Source: a bacterium (GTDB taxonomy: Bacteria; Margulisbacteria; WOR-1; O2-12-FULL-45-9; XYB2-FULL-48-7). From it: a stretch of DNA of 64,000 nucleotides. Under the pieces are notes generated by a model that made no database searches, had not been told where the DNA came from, and saw nothing but the letters and a program-made list of their open reading frames with translations. This document shows, piece after piece, positions 46,187-56,116 of this stretch (position 1 is the first letter of the stretch; every line of letters begins with the position of its first letter). Both the position numbers and the translations under genes were made by a program. The DNA lies in NCBI GenBank assembly GCA_043812655.1, contig JBDRLW010000030.1, forward strand, positions 47,055-111,054, written 5' to 3'.

Positions 46187-47302
46187 TTAGGACTTTTCGA
46201 TGAGGAAATTATAGAGGCTTTCGGTTTGCTTTGCAACCGCTAAGGACGAGAATCGTTCCCGCGCGTCATCCCGGGCCGCCCGCCCCATCTTTTCCCTTAA
46301 TTGGCCATCTTTAAGCAACCGCCCAAGGTGCTCAACATAAACGTCTTGCCGTCGGGGCAACAGATACCCGTCAGTCCCGCCTCGCACTGCGTCGGTCAGT
46401 CCGCCGGCGAACAGCGCGACGATTGGCAGGCCGGCCCCCTTGGCTTCGGCTAAGACCAAGCCTTGGGTTTCGGTCAGCGAAGAAAAAACAAAAACATCGC
46501 CAATAAAATAATACCGCAAGATCTCCGGGTAGGGGACTTCACCGGTCACAATAATATTTTTATGATGATGTTTTCTTAGCTCTTTTTCCAGTGGTCCGCC
46601 GCCGACCAGGACCAACCGCAGGCCGTCAACCGCGAGTTGTTCAAAGGCCTTAACGATGAAAGGGAGGTTCTTTTCCTTGGAAAGCCGGCCGACATAGAGA
46701 AGGACTTTGTCGGTTGATAAAAGCCCGTATTTATTCCGGAGATTTTTCCTGGTTTCTTCGGCATTGCGAGGGTAGAGGGAAAGCTCGACCCCGGAGGGGA
46801 TAACATGGATTGGCCGATCAACCTGCCATTTAAGCAGGACCCTTCTAGCCATCGCGGATGGTGTAATGACCGCGTCGGCGCCGCCGCAGAAAGAACGGAG
46901 GTAGGCAACAATCCCCATTTTTGCTAATTTTTTAGGAACGAACCTTGCATAATGGACATAACGGGTAAATAAAGTATGAAACGAATAAACAAAAGGGACC
47001 CCTTTTTTTCTGGCGATATACCTCGCCAACAACCCGGCCTGAAAAGGGGAATGGCTATGGATTAGGTCGATCTCGGGGACCTTTCGGATAAAGGGGATCG
47101 CCAAGCGAAACTTTGGGTAACCGCCAGCGATCGAAGGGAAACGAAAAATATCCGGGTCGGCGTCAACGTGTCCCGGGTAATGCGGAGCAAAAACGTAAAC
47201 CTTATGGCCAAGGGCGCGCAATTCGTTGACCAATATCTCCGCCGAGTTGGTAACGCCGGAAAGGTACGGCTTGTAAGAGTCAGCAAAAAAAGCGATCTTC
47301 AC
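46187..47302 (-). CDS. GT4 family glycosyltransferase
   Basis: DSYKPYLSGV, YVGRLSKEKN, ETQGLVLAEA. Confidence 0.9.
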   Translation of the reverse strand: MKIAFFADSYKPYLSGVTNSAEILVNELRALGHKVYVFAPHYPGHVDADPDIFRFPSIAGGYPKFRLAIPFIRKVPEIDLIHSHSPFQAGLLARYIARKKGVPFVYSFHTLFTRYVHYARFVPKKLAKMGIVAYLRSFCGGADAVITPSAMARRVLLKWQVDRPIHVIPSGVELSLYPRNAEETRKNLRNKYGLLSTDKVLLYVGRLSKEKNLPFIVKAFEQLAVDGLRLVLVGGGPLEKELRKHHHKNIIVTGEVPYPEILRYYFIGDVFVFSSLTETQGLVLAEAKGAGLPIVALFAGGLTDAVRGGTDGYLLPRRQDVYVEHLGRLLKDGQLREKMGRAARDDARERFSSLAVAKQTESLYNFLIEKS

Positions 47303-48222
47303 TTTTTCAGTTTTTTGTAGAGTTCAGGGAGTTGACGCTGGATCGCCTGGATTTCCAGCTCTTTCTTGTGGTCGATGGCGGGGAAGCCGGAGACGACAGA
47401 ATTGGCCGGGATATCTTTGGTGACACCAGCTTTAGCCATAATGACCGTGTTTTCGCCGACAGTGATGTGGCCGTTAAAGCCGGCCATGCCACCGACGGAG
47501 ACGTGGTCTTTAAAGGTAACAGAACCGGCAAAGCCGACAAGGGCTGTTACCGCGCAATTTTTTCCCAACACGCAGTTGTGGGCGATATGGGTCAAGCAAT
47601 CGACCTTTGTCCCGGCGCCGATCCGGGTATTCCCCAAGGTCCCCCGGGCGATGCAAACATTGGCAAAAATTTCTACGTCATCCTCAATTATTACCGAGCC
47701 AACTTGCGGGACCTTAATATAACGGTCTTTTTCCCAAACAAAACCGTAACCATCAACGCCGATCCTGGCGCCGGCATGGAGAGTGACGCGCCGGCCGATC
47801 TTTACCCCATCATAAATTGTGACGGAGGGATAAATTACGCAATCATCGCCAATCTCGCAATTTTCCCCAATGGTAACAAGGGGGTGAATCGCAACGCCCT
47901 GGCCGACTTTGGCGGTCTTGGCGATGACGGCGGTTTTATGGATGCCAAAATATTCTTTTTTCTTTGGCGCGAAGAGGGGAAGGATCAGGGCCAAGGCCAG
48001 CCGCGGATTCTTTACGTAGATGGCGGGCTTGCCAGTAACTTTTAAGTTAACGGGGGCGACGATCGCGGCACATTTAGACTGCAAAGCCGGAGCCAGAAAC
48101 TTTTCTTCCAGGACGAAGATCAAGTCGCCGGCTCCGGCTTCTTCTATTGGGGCTACCCCCTGGACCTCTGCGTCGCCGGAGAGTTCCCCGGCGGCAATTT
48201 CCGCGATCTTTTTAAGCTTCAC
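47299..48222 (-). CDS. lpxD: UDP-3-O-acylglucosamine N-acyltransferase
   Basis: GVDGYGF, VPQVGSVIIEDDVEI, HIAHNC, hexapeptide repeats. Confidence 0.93.
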   Translation of the reverse strand: MKLKKIAEIAAGELSGDAEVQGVAPIEEAGAGDLIFVLEEKFLAPALQSKCAAIVAPVNLKVTGKPAIYVKNPRLALALILPLFAPKKKEYFGIHKTAVIAKTAKVGQGVAIHPLVTIGENCEIGDDCVIYPSVTIYDGVKIGRRVTLHAGARIGVDGYGFVWEKDRYIKVPQVGSVIIEDDVEIFANVCIARGTLGNTRIGAGTKVDCLTHIAHNCVLGKNCAVTALVGFAGSVTFKDHVSVGGMAGFNGHITVGENTVIMAKAGVTKDIPANSVVSGFPAIDHKKELEIQAIQRQLPELYKKLKK

Positions 48223-48224
48223 GA

Positions 48225-48680
48225 CTACTTATTGAGTTCGGTGACGACCATGTCGGTCAGGTCCATTCCACCGGTGATGACCACTTGCTTGTCGAGAACG
48301 ACATCAACCCCAACTTTTGAGGAAACCTTTTTAACGGCTTCCAGGATCTTGGCTTGGAGCTTGATGGTCAGCTGTTCATTGAGCTTGAGAAGACTGTCTC
48401 TTTTAGGGGAGAGTTTTTCTTCCAGCTCTTTTTTCATTTTTTCCAAATCCTCTTTTTTCTTGCCATCTTTTTCGGCTTTTTCTAATTTTTTCTGGCTTTC
48501 TTCAAATTCTTTTTTAAAACTGCCTTCTTGCTTGGCCAGTTCGGCCTGAGCTTTCGAAGTTTCTTTATATTCCTTAAAAACCTTTTGGACATCGATCGTG
48601 CCGATGCTGGAAAAACTAGCGCCAGAAGAGATCCCAGCGGCCAAGAAAAGCGCGAGGACTAAAAGTGCTATCTTTTTCAT
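48225..48680 (-). CDS. skp: OmpH/Skp chaperone
   Basis: Signal peptide, IGTIDVQKVF, coiled coil, DLTDMV; upstream of lpxD. Confidence 0.85.
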   Translation of the reverse strand: MKKIALLVLALFLAAGISSGASFSSIGTIDVQKVFKEYKETSKAQAELAKQEGSFKKEFEESQKKLEKAEKDGKKKEDLEKMKKELEEKLSPKRDSLLKLNEQLTIKLQAKILEAVKKVSSKVGVDVVLDKQVVITGGMDLTDMVVTELNK

Positions 48681-48712
48681 TTTTTCACCCCCTCTATGAT
48701 ATGGGACACATT

Positions 48713-50542
48713 TTAACATTGACGCCTTTGCTTTTCAAGGCAAACGAGCAAAACGGCAATGTCGGCCGGGGAAACCCCGGCGATCCGGCCGGCCGCGCCG
48801 ACGGAAGCCGGACGCAATTTATCTAATTTTAATCTTGCCTCCGAAGAAAGGCCGCGTAATCCCTGGTAGTCAAAGGAAGAGGGGAGGAGCTTTTCTTCAA
48901 GCTTTTTAAAGCGGCCGATCTGAATAAGCTGGCGGGCAATATAGCCGGCATATTTTTCGCTGATCTCAATTTGCTCCGCGACTTCGGGAGAGGTCCTTTC
49001 TTTGTTCTCTACGGCAGCCTGTTTTTTTAAAAAAGCCTGATAGCGCTCTTCGGAAATTAATCCGGCGCGGTAGCCTTTTTCGGTTAAGCGGAGGTCGGCA
49101 TTGTCTTGCCGTAAAAGGAGGCGATATTCTGACCTGGAAGTGAGCATCCGGTACGGCTCATTAATTTCCTTAGTGATGAGATCGTCAATTAGTGTCCCAA
49201 TGTAGCTGTCGTCACGTAGCAAGATCAAGGGAGTCTGTTCTTTTATTTTTAGGGCGGCATTTATCCCGGCGACGATCCCTTGAGCGGCAGCTTCTTCATA
49301 ACCGGAGGTCCCATTAATTTGTCCGGCGCAAAAAAGTCCGCTTATCAGTTTAGCCTCCAGCGTGTTTTTTAATTGTTCCGGTAAAACATAATCATATTCA
49401 ACTGCATAGCCGGGGCGAATGATCTCGACATTTTCAAGCCCAGCCATTGTCCGTAAAAAAGCCAGCTGGACATCTTCCGGGAGGGAGGTCGACATTCCTT
49501 GCGCGTACATTTCCAGGGTCTCTCTGCCGGTCGGTTCGATAAAACATTGATGCCGGTCTTTTTCCGGGAAGCGGACAACCTTATCTTCGATCGAGGGGCA
49601 ATACCTGGGGCCGACGCCCTGGATCTTTTTTTGAAATAAGGGAGAACGATCAAGGTTGGCGCGGATGATCTCATGGGTGGCTTCGTTGGTCCACGTGAGA
49701 TGGCAGGGGACTTGTGACAGGGAGAGGCAGGGATTATAGGGAAGAGCAGGGAGGAGGATGGAGTTCCCTTCCTTGCTCATCCCTGCTCTTCCTTGTCCCT
49801 CCTTGCAATCCCCGTACTGACGATATTCCCAGACAAACGAAAACATTCTGGGCGGCTCATCGCCGGGCTGGGGGGTCATTTTGGAAAAATCGATAGAGCG
49901 CTTGTTCAAACGAGCGGGAGTCCCGGTTTTTAAGCGACCAAGAGTTAGCCCAAGTTCTTTTAATGAAGCGGACAATCCTTTGGCCGGGAATTCCCCCATC
50001 CTCCCGGCTTCCTGATGGTTCATCCCGACGTGGATAATGCCGTTTAGAAAAGTACCAGTAGTAACAATAACCGTCTTTCCTTCATAGATAACATCAAGCT
50101 TCGTCTTTATTCCCATTACCCCATTCGCATTACGCGCTACCAAAACTTCAGCCACCTCTCCCTGCTTCAAATCAAGGTTATCTTGTTCTTCCAAAACTTT
50201 TTTCATGATCCGATGATATTGCTTGCGGTCGGATTGCGCGCGCAAGGCTTGGACCGCCGGTCCTTTATTGGTATTTAGCATCTTCATTTGCAGGAAAGTG
50301 AGGTCGGTGGTAATTCCCATCTGCCCGCCCAAAGCGTCAACTTCACGGACTAATTGGCTTTTGGCTGGACCACCGATGGCAGGATTACACGGCATAAATC
50401 CGATGGTATCTATATTCATGGTAAGAAGGAGCGTCTGGCAGCCCAAACGGGCAGAGGCCAAGGCCGCTTCGATCCCAGCGTGCCCGGCGCCAATGACGAT
50501 AACATCATAGTGTTTGGGGTAGACCGTTGTATTAGCGAACAT
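48713..50542 (-). CDS. mnmG: tRNA uridine-5-carboxymethylaminomethyl synthesis enzyme
   Basis: [47 protein letters not shown]. Confidence 0.97.
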   Translation of the reverse strand: MFANTTVYPKHYDVIVIGAGHAGIEAALASARLGCQTLLLTMNIDTIGFMPCNPAIGGPAKSQLVREVDALGGQMGITTDLTFLQMKMLNTNKGPAVQALRAQSDRKQYHRIMKKVLEEQDNLDLKQGEVAEVLVARNANGVMGIKTKLDVIYEGKTVIVTTGTFLNGIIHVGMNHQEAGRMGEFPAKGLSASLKELGLTLGRLKTGTPARLNKRSIDFSKMTPQPGDEPPRMFSFVWEYRQYGDCKEGQGRAGMSKEGNSILLPALPYNPCLSLSQVPCHLTWTNEATHEIIRANLDRSPLFQKKIQGVGPRYCPSIEDKVVRFPEKDRHQCFIEPTGRETLEMYAQGMSTSLPEDVQLAFLRTMAGLENVEIIRPGYAVEYDYVLPEQLKNTLEAKLISGLFCAGQINGTSGYEEAAAQGIVAGINAALKIKEQTPLILLRDDSYIGTLIDDLITKEINEPYRMLTSRSEYRLLLRQDNADLRLTEKGYRAGLISEERYQAFLKKQAAVENKERTSPEVAEQIEISEKYAGYIARQLIQIGRFKKLEEKLLPSSFDYQGLRGLSSEARLKLDKLRPASVGAAGRIAGVSPADIAVLLVCLEKQRRQC

Positions 50543-51083
50543 TTTTTTGGGTTTGTTTAATAAAATGCTGGTATTTTTCGTTTTGCCCCTCAACTATCGC
50601 CCAGCGTTTTAGCTCTTTCAAATCAATTTTCTGTTGTCTATAAACCATTAGCGCCTGACCTAATGATTGTTGGTCATTCCAATGAAAATACGCCGCCAAG
50701 CGGTCTTTGACGCAGTCGGTGGGGCTTAATAGCCGCAACTCTCCGACCTTGGTCTTTATCTTTCGGACCGATTTAACCGGCTCCCGGCCTACGGATAGAG
50801 GGGGAGATAAAAATTCGATGATATAAGGACATTTTGGGTGAGCAAAAAAACCTTGCGCGGCAAGCTCAAAGCCGATCTCGGCCATAACGGCCTTGATCTT
50901 TTTGCCGTGCAGATCAACAGCGCTGGTCACAAAGTCTAAATCCAAAGACTGATACTCATTTTTTGAGTAAATAGTCACGCAGCTGCCGCCAGTTAAGACC
51001 GCGTTGATCCGATATTTTCTAAGCTGTGTGGAGACGAAAACAGCCAGGTCCTTGATAGAAATAGAGGAGAGGTCTTTTTTCAA
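50532..51083 (-). CDS. Putative nucleotidyltransferase-fold protein
   Basis: AVLTGGS...SLDLDFV (GG..DxD) motif. Confidence 0.6.
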   Translation of the reverse strand: MKKDLSSISIKDLAVFVSTQLRKYRINAVLTGGSCVTIYSKNEYQSLDLDFVTSAVDLHGKKIKAVMAEIGFELAAQGFFAHPKCPYIIEFLSPPLSVGREPVKSVRKIKTKVGELRLLSPTDCVKDRLAAYFHWNDQQSLGQALMVYRQQKIDLKELKRWAIVEGQNEKYQHFIKQTQKNVR

Positions 51084-51409
51084 AGAGGTTTTCCCGCGCG
51101 TCTCGGCCGCAGACGAGGTTGATAATACTCCTTCCTCTCTTCTTTGCCTAGAAAGGAAAGGGCTTTTTGGAGCAGAGCTTTTAGCTCATCCAGGAAGGGA
51201 TAGCGGGGATTAAAGCTATAAAGCCGAGTTCTTCCCCGAAGCTGACTGACCAGGACCCCCCCATTTTCCAGCTTTTTAAGCTGGTTTTGGACAGAAAGAA
51301 GGTGTCCTCCAAAAAGGGCAACGAGGTCTCGGGCATAGGTTTCTTTGCGGGTCAAGACCGTAAAGAGGATCCTTTCTTTAACTGGACTATCTAATATTGG
51401 CTTTAGCAT
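51080..51409 (-). CDS. Winged-helix HTH protein
   Basis: YARDLV...VQNQLKKLENGGVLVS..GRTRLY. Confidence 0.75.
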   Translation of the reverse strand: MLKPILDSPVKERILFTVLTRKETYARDLVALFGGHLLSVQNQLKKLENGGVLVSQLRGRTRLYSFNPRYPFLDELKALLQKALSFLGKEERKEYYQPRLRPRRAGKPL

Positions 51410-51415
51410 AAAGAA

Positions 51416-51471
51416 ATTATAACATAGCCAGCGAAAAACGGCAAGACTATTAATGTTAGTCATATGACTAA
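51416..51471 (-). promoter_or_regulatory. Promoter and palindromic candidate operator
   Basis: TTGCCG-N17-TATAAT (with TG); perfect palindrome TTAGTCATATGACTAA at 51456-51471. Confidence 0.6.
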
Positions 51472-51604
51472 GTAAGCTAGTCGAAGAAAACTCCCTGAAA
51501 TTTCTCGGGGGTGCGATATATACTTGTCAGGATAGTCCCGGACAATAGAGGATCAGGAAATCAGGGTGTTCGGGAAACAAAAATATTTGTAGGAGGAAAG
51601 AAAG

Positions 51605-52060
51605 ATGAGGGTATCACGCACGAAGCTCCAGGCGCAAACAGCTTTAACGCCAAAAAGACCGACTGAGGTTTTAAGTGTTTGGCAGAATAAAAACAATCAG
51701 GCAGCGCAAGGGCTTATTCAGAAATTAGGCGGGAGCGCCCAGGAAACCTTGGCAGGATTATTTTCAGCTGACGAAAAGAGCTTTAGAGGCAGGCTGGGGG
51801 CGGCGTTTGAAGTCGGCGTAATCCGCGCAGGTGTAGTTTCGCCAGTGGGGCATTTTCAGCTGCCAGCTGTTGACGCAGGGGAAAGGCCTATAATGACTAG
51901 GCTTGAAAGCTGCATTCTTGATCAAGCACCCAATATTGTGATCAACCAACTTTCCGAAGAAGTGATAAAATCAATACTCAAACTAGTTATTTACGCGGAT
52001 ATTCCACGATCCCGCATTATTGGGCGAGTCTTAGACGGGGGGCAAAAATTCTCGAAGTAG
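51605..52060 (+). CDS. Hypothetical protein
   Basis: ORF with SD AGGAGG; no recognisable motif. Confidence 0.6.
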   Translation: MRVSRTKLQAQTALTPKRPTEVLSVWQNKNNQAAQGLIQKLGGSAQETLAGLFSADEKSFRGRLGAAFEVGVIRAGVVSPVGHFQLPAVDAGERPIMTRLESCILDQAPNIVINQLSEEVIKSILKLVIYADIPRSRIIGRVLDGGQKFSK

Positions 52061-52067
52061 AAGGGCC

Positions 52068-53111
52068 CTAGCCCCTAATATCTCTGACCACAAAAACGAG
52101 GCCGATATTCTCACCCAGCAACTTATCGCGCAAGAGGCGGGCGTTGATCACCGAAGAGATAGATTCGCCATGAGGATTGATCATTTCGGCCTTAAAACAT
52201 TCAATTATCAGCCCTTTCTTGGCGACCTCATTATATAGTTTGTAATAATCATCGACGTTCTTAAAGAGGTCTTTTATTGAATGGCCGGAAATTTCACTGG
52301 CGGGGACATGGAAAAATTTTTGCGCTTCCTCGTTCAAGAAAATGATCCGGCCAATTTGGTCGGTCACGATCAAGGAATCTGGCATGGTCTCGATAATGGT
52401 TTCAGCGGCCAGCGCAGGGGAGATCGAAAAAAGACTATGTTTACGTACCGCCCAAAAGATAAAGCCATTCATCACAGCTAATAAAAGAACGCAGATCGGC
52501 GGAAAGACGCGGTGCCCAATAATTAGCGGCATTATCTCGTCATTTACCAGGCCGACCAGGGAAGGGACCAACACGCCGTAAGCGATGAGCTGGGCTTGGG
52601 CTTTCACCGCCGGCTGGATCGTTTGTTTGGCGTAATTATAAAGCACTAAAAACGAAAAAGCCGAATAAACCAAAGACTCCAAGACAAACAGCCAATAAAA
52701 GACTGAAGGCTGGGTGGTAATGCCAAAGTTGTGGATCTCATGGCGGAGGAACATAACGTCGCCCATTAAGAATAAGACAGCAATGAGAATTGCCGGACCA
52801 TAGATGACCGGTAGCGCCAAAGGTTGTTTTAATTTGTCTTCTCTTTTACAAAAGATCAGGGAAAAGTGGAGAAAAACCGGGAAGAGCAAGGCCCAAAAAA
52901 CGCCGCTTAAGCGATTGATGGCCGCGGCGATCTCAAGCGTAAAAGCAATGCGGACCGAATACTCAAGGATGCCGGCAAAAAACGCGATCAAAGCGAACCG
53001 GGCAAAAAAACGGGCGGTCCGGTCTTCGTAGTGGCGGCTCATAATGCTAAACGCGAATAATAATGTAAAGAGGGCGGCGGCTAATTCAAAATATGGGAAG
53101 AACATTGCCAT
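52068..53111 (-). CDS. 7TM membrane sensor domain plus PAS domain, no output domain
   Basis: About 7 hydrophobic helices, then IIETMPDSLIVTD..GRI..N...VRDI, then stop. Confidence 0.75.
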   Translation of the reverse strand: MAMFFPYFELAAALFTLLFAFSIMSRHYEDRTARFFARFALIAFFAGILEYSVRIAFTLEIAAAINRLSGVFWALLFPVFLHFSLIFCKREDKLKQPLALPVIYGPAILIAVLFLMGDVMFLRHEIHNFGITTQPSVFYWLFVLESLVYSAFSFLVLYNYAKQTIQPAVKAQAQLIAYGVLVPSLVGLVNDEIMPLIIGHRVFPPICVLLLAVMNGFIFWAVRKHSLFSISPALAAETIIETMPDSLIVTDQIGRIIFLNEEAQKFFHVPASEISGHSIKDLFKNVDDYYKLYNEVAKKGLIIECFKAEMINPHGESISSVINARLLRDKLLGENIGLVFVVRDIRG

Positions 53112-53142
53112 GTTTTTTCGATTATAGTATAATAAAAACAAC

Positions 53143-53865
53143 ATGGCAAGACCCGTCTACAAACGAATTCTCCTCAAGCTCTCCGGTGAAGTCTTTGGCG
53201 GCCAGCAAAAATATGGGATCGACCTCGAAGTTTTAACTGTCGTCGCCAAAGAGATCAAAGCGGTTAAGGAGCAAGGGGTTGGGGTGGCGGTAGTGGTTGG
53301 CGGCGGGAACATTTTTCGCGGCGTCGCCGGTTCGGTCAAAGGGATCGATCGGGCGACCGGCGATTACATGGGGATGCTGGCGACCGTGATCAACTCACTT
53401 GCCCTCCAAGACTCACTTGAAAGGGAAGGGGTCCCTTCCAGGGTACAAACTGCGATCGAAATGAGATCGATCGCCGAACCTTTCATTAGAAGAAAAGCGA
53501 TCCGGCACATGGAAAAAGGGCGGGTCGTTATTTTAGCCGCCGGGACAGGCAATCCTTATTTTTCCACCGATACGACCGCCGCTTTGCGCGCGGCCGAGCT
53601 TGATGTCGACGTTATCATTAAAGCGACCAAGGTTGACGGTGTTTACGATAAAGACCCCAAGCAATTTAATGACGCGAAAAGATTTAAGAAGATCACCCAC
53701 ATGGAAGTGATCCAAAAACGGCTCAAAGTGATGGACACTACCGCGGCTTCGCTCTGTATGGAAAACAGGATCCCGATCATTGTCCTTGACCTGACCAAAA
53801 AAGAGAACGTGAAAAAGGCCGTGCTGGGCAAAGAGGTTGGAACTTTAGTCGAAGTCGAAAAATAA
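53143..53865 (+). CDS. pyrH: UMP kinase
   Basis: [31 protein letters not shown]. Confidence 0.98.
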   Translation: MARPVYKRILLKLSGEVFGGQQKYGIDLEVLTVVAKEIKAVKEQGVGVAVVVGGGNIFRGVAGSVKGIDRATGDYMGMLATVINSLALQDSLEREGVPSRVQTAIEMRSIAEPFIRRKAIRHMEKGRVVILAAGTGNPYFSTDTTAALRAAELDVDVIIKATKVDGVYDKDPKQFNDAKRFKKITHMEVIQKRLKVMDTTAASLCMENRIPIIVLDLTKKENVKKAVLGKEVGTLVEVEK

Positions 53866-53879
53866 AAAGGGGTAAACAT

Positions 53880-54434
53880 ATGCAAGACGTACTAAAAGAG
53901 ACAGAATTAAAGATGCAAAGGTCGATCGAGGCGATGAAAAAGAATTTTTTGGCGATCAGGACCGGCCGCGCCAACCCGGCGCTGCTTGACCACGTCCAGG
54001 TTGAATATTACGGGGCAAAGGTCCCGTTAAAACAAGTTGCTTCAATTGCGGTGCCGGAACCGCGGATGCTCCTTTTAACTCCCTTTGATAAAAGCGCGGC
54101 GCAGGCGATCGCCAACGCGATCTCTTCTTCTGACCTTGGGATCAATCCGAAAATCGAAGGGAACGTGATCCGCTTAAGCCTCCCCGAACTGTCCGAAGAA
54201 AGACGGAAAGACTTAATTAAAGTCGTGAAAAAAGAAGCGGAAGACGCCAAGGTCTCGATCCGCAACGGCCGGAGAGAGGCGCTTGATTTTTTAAAGAAAC
54301 AAAAAGCGGACAAAGTGATCACCGAAGATGATGAAAAAGGGAAAGATAAAAAGATCCAGGAGATGACCGACAAGCATATTGCCGAAATCGATAAGTTGTT
54401 TGGCTTGAAAGAAAAAGAAGTTCTTGAGGTTTAA
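53880..54434 (+). CDS. frr: Ribosome recycling factor
   Basis: IRTGRANP, LSEERRK, VSIRN.RR. Confidence 0.97.
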   Translation: MQDVLKETELKMQRSIEAMKKNFLAIRTGRANPALLDHVQVEYYGAKVPLKQVASIAVPEPRMLLLTPFDKSAAQAIANAISSSDLGINPKIEGNVIRLSLPELSEERRKDLIKVVKKEAEDAKVSIRNGRREALDFLKKQKADKVITEDDEKGKDKKIQEMTDKHIAEIDKLFGLKEKEVLEV

Positions 54435-54560
54435 ATTCTAAATACTAAACTCTAAATCCTAAATAAACCCAAAATTATAATAATCAAAAAATAAGGTTTT
54501 AACATTTAAATTTCGGTAATTTAATATTGTTTAGAATTTAGGATTTAGTGCTTAGAATTT
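54433..54560. repeat. AT-rich inverted repeat built from heptamers
   Basis: AAATTCTAAATACTAAACTCTAAATCCTAAA ... TTTAGAATTTAGGATTTAGTGCTTAGAATTT. Confidence 0.75.
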
Positions 54561-54566
54561 ATTACT

Positions 54567-55268
54567 ATGGATAAACAAAATATCCCACAACATATTGCCG
54601 TCATAATGGATGGGAATGGGCGTTGGGCGAAGAAAAAAGGTAAACCGCGTATTTTTGGCCACAAGGAAGGGGCTGAATCGCTCCGCGCGATCCTCAAAGC
54701 CTCGGCCGAATTCGGCGTTAAATATTTAACTGTCTACGCTTTTTCCACCGAAAACTGGGGACGACCACGAGATGAGGTCGATTTTTTAATGGGCCTATTT
54801 GCCTCAACGATCGACCGGGAAATGAAAGAGCTGATCAAAAATGGGGTCCGCCTTAAATTTTTAGGCCGCCTGCAAAAGTTCTCCCCAACCCTCCAAGAAA
54901 AAATGAACAAGGCGATGGAGCAGACCAAAGCTTGCGAGCGGATCCAGCTAAACGTGATGGTAAATTATGGGGGGAGGGCGGAGTTGGTGGATGCGGTGAA
55001 TAAGGTGCTAGGGGTTAGGGAGCAGGGGCTAGGGGGAGAAGTAACAGAAGAAGAGATTCAGAAAAGTCTTTATACTGCTGGAATTCCTGATCCAGATCTT
55101 TTAATTCGGACGGCGAATGAGCTGAGGGTTTCAAACTTTCTGCTTTGGCAGATCGCCTACAGTGAAATTTATGTGACCGAAACGCTCTGGCCGGATTTTC
55201 GGCGCGAACAATTGATCGCCGCGATCGAAGCGTACCAAAAAAGGGAGAGAAGATTCGGAAAATTATGA
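54567..55268 (+). CDS. uppS: Isoprenyl transferase
   Basis: HIAVIMDGNGRWA, FSTENW.RP, RVSNFLLWQ. Confidence 0.97.
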   Translation: MDKQNIPQHIAVIMDGNGRWAKKKGKPRIFGHKEGAESLRAILKASAEFGVKYLTVYAFSTENWGRPRDEVDFLMGLFASTIDREMKELIKNGVRLKFLGRLQKFSPTLQEKMNKAMEQTKACERIQLNVMVNYGGRAELVDAVNKVLGVREQGLGGEVTEEEIQKSLYTAGIPDPDLLIRTANELRVSNFLLWQIAYSEIYVTETLWPDFRREQLIAAIEAYQKRERRFGKL

Positions 55269-56065
55269 AACCGCGCCTGTTAACCACCTTGGTTGGCGTT
55301 CCCATTGTTCTTGGGGCGGTTTACTTTGGTGGCCCGGCCTTCTTAATCCTCTCGCTGGTTTTAGCGGTTTTTGCGGTGAATGAATTTTATAATTTGATGA
55401 TGAAGAAAGGCCTCTTCCCCGCTTATTATGTCGGCAATGTCATTACGGTTATCTTTATCTTGGTCGCGTACTATTCTTTAAAGCGAAATTGGGAGCCGGC
55501 CCATTCGGCGATCTTAACCTTAGCCGCTGCCTTTGCCCTGATCTCGGGGATCTTTCTTAAGAGGGAAAAAGATACAATAGTGGATGTTGCCGTTACAATA
55601 TTAGGCGTTATTTATGTCGGCTGGTTTTTTAGCTACATTGTTTTTATCCGCGGCTTGACCGAGCATGGCGGCTACCTTTTCTTTTTGATCTTTACGGTCT
55701 GGGCGATGGACGTCGCCGCCTATTTGACCGGAAAATATTTTGGCCGGACAAAATTAAACCCCGCGATCTCACCTAAAAAAACTTGGGAGGGAGCGGTCGT
55801 TGGTTTTGTCGTTAGCTTTGGGGCGGCTGGGATCCTTTGCCAAACAGCCCGGCTGGAGATCTGGCACGCGCTGATCCTGGGCGGGCTGATCGGGATCTTT
55901 GGCCAAGTGTCCGACATGATTGAATCCCTGATCAAGCGCGACGCTGGGGCGAAAGATTCTTCAGATATTTTACCCGGCCACGGCGGCGTCCTTGACCGGA
56001 TCGACTCCTTTGTATTAACCGCCCCGCTGATGTACTACTACCTGGTCTTGTTTGTGTTAAAATAG
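55265..56065 (+). CDS. cdsA: Phosphatidate cytidylyltransferase
   Basis: ISPKKTWEG, KRDAGAKDS..LPGHGGVLDRIDS. Confidence 0.95.
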   Translation: MKPRLLTTLVGVPIVLGAVYFGGPAFLILSLVLAVFAVNEFYNLMMKKGLFPAYYVGNVITVIFILVAYYSLKRNWEPAHSAILTLAAAFALISGIFLKREKDTIVDVAVTILGVIYVGWFFSYIVFIRGLTEHGGYLFFLIFTVWAMDVAAYLTGKYFGRTKLNPAISPKKTWEGAVVGFVVSFGAAGILCQTARLEIWHALILGGLIGIFGQVSDMIESLIKRDAGAKDSSDILPGHGGVLDRIDSFVLTAPLMYYYLVLFVLK

Positions 56066-56116
56066 TTGGAAAGTTAGTTAGTTTGTTAGTCTGTTAGTTT
56101 GTTAGGATAGAAAAAA

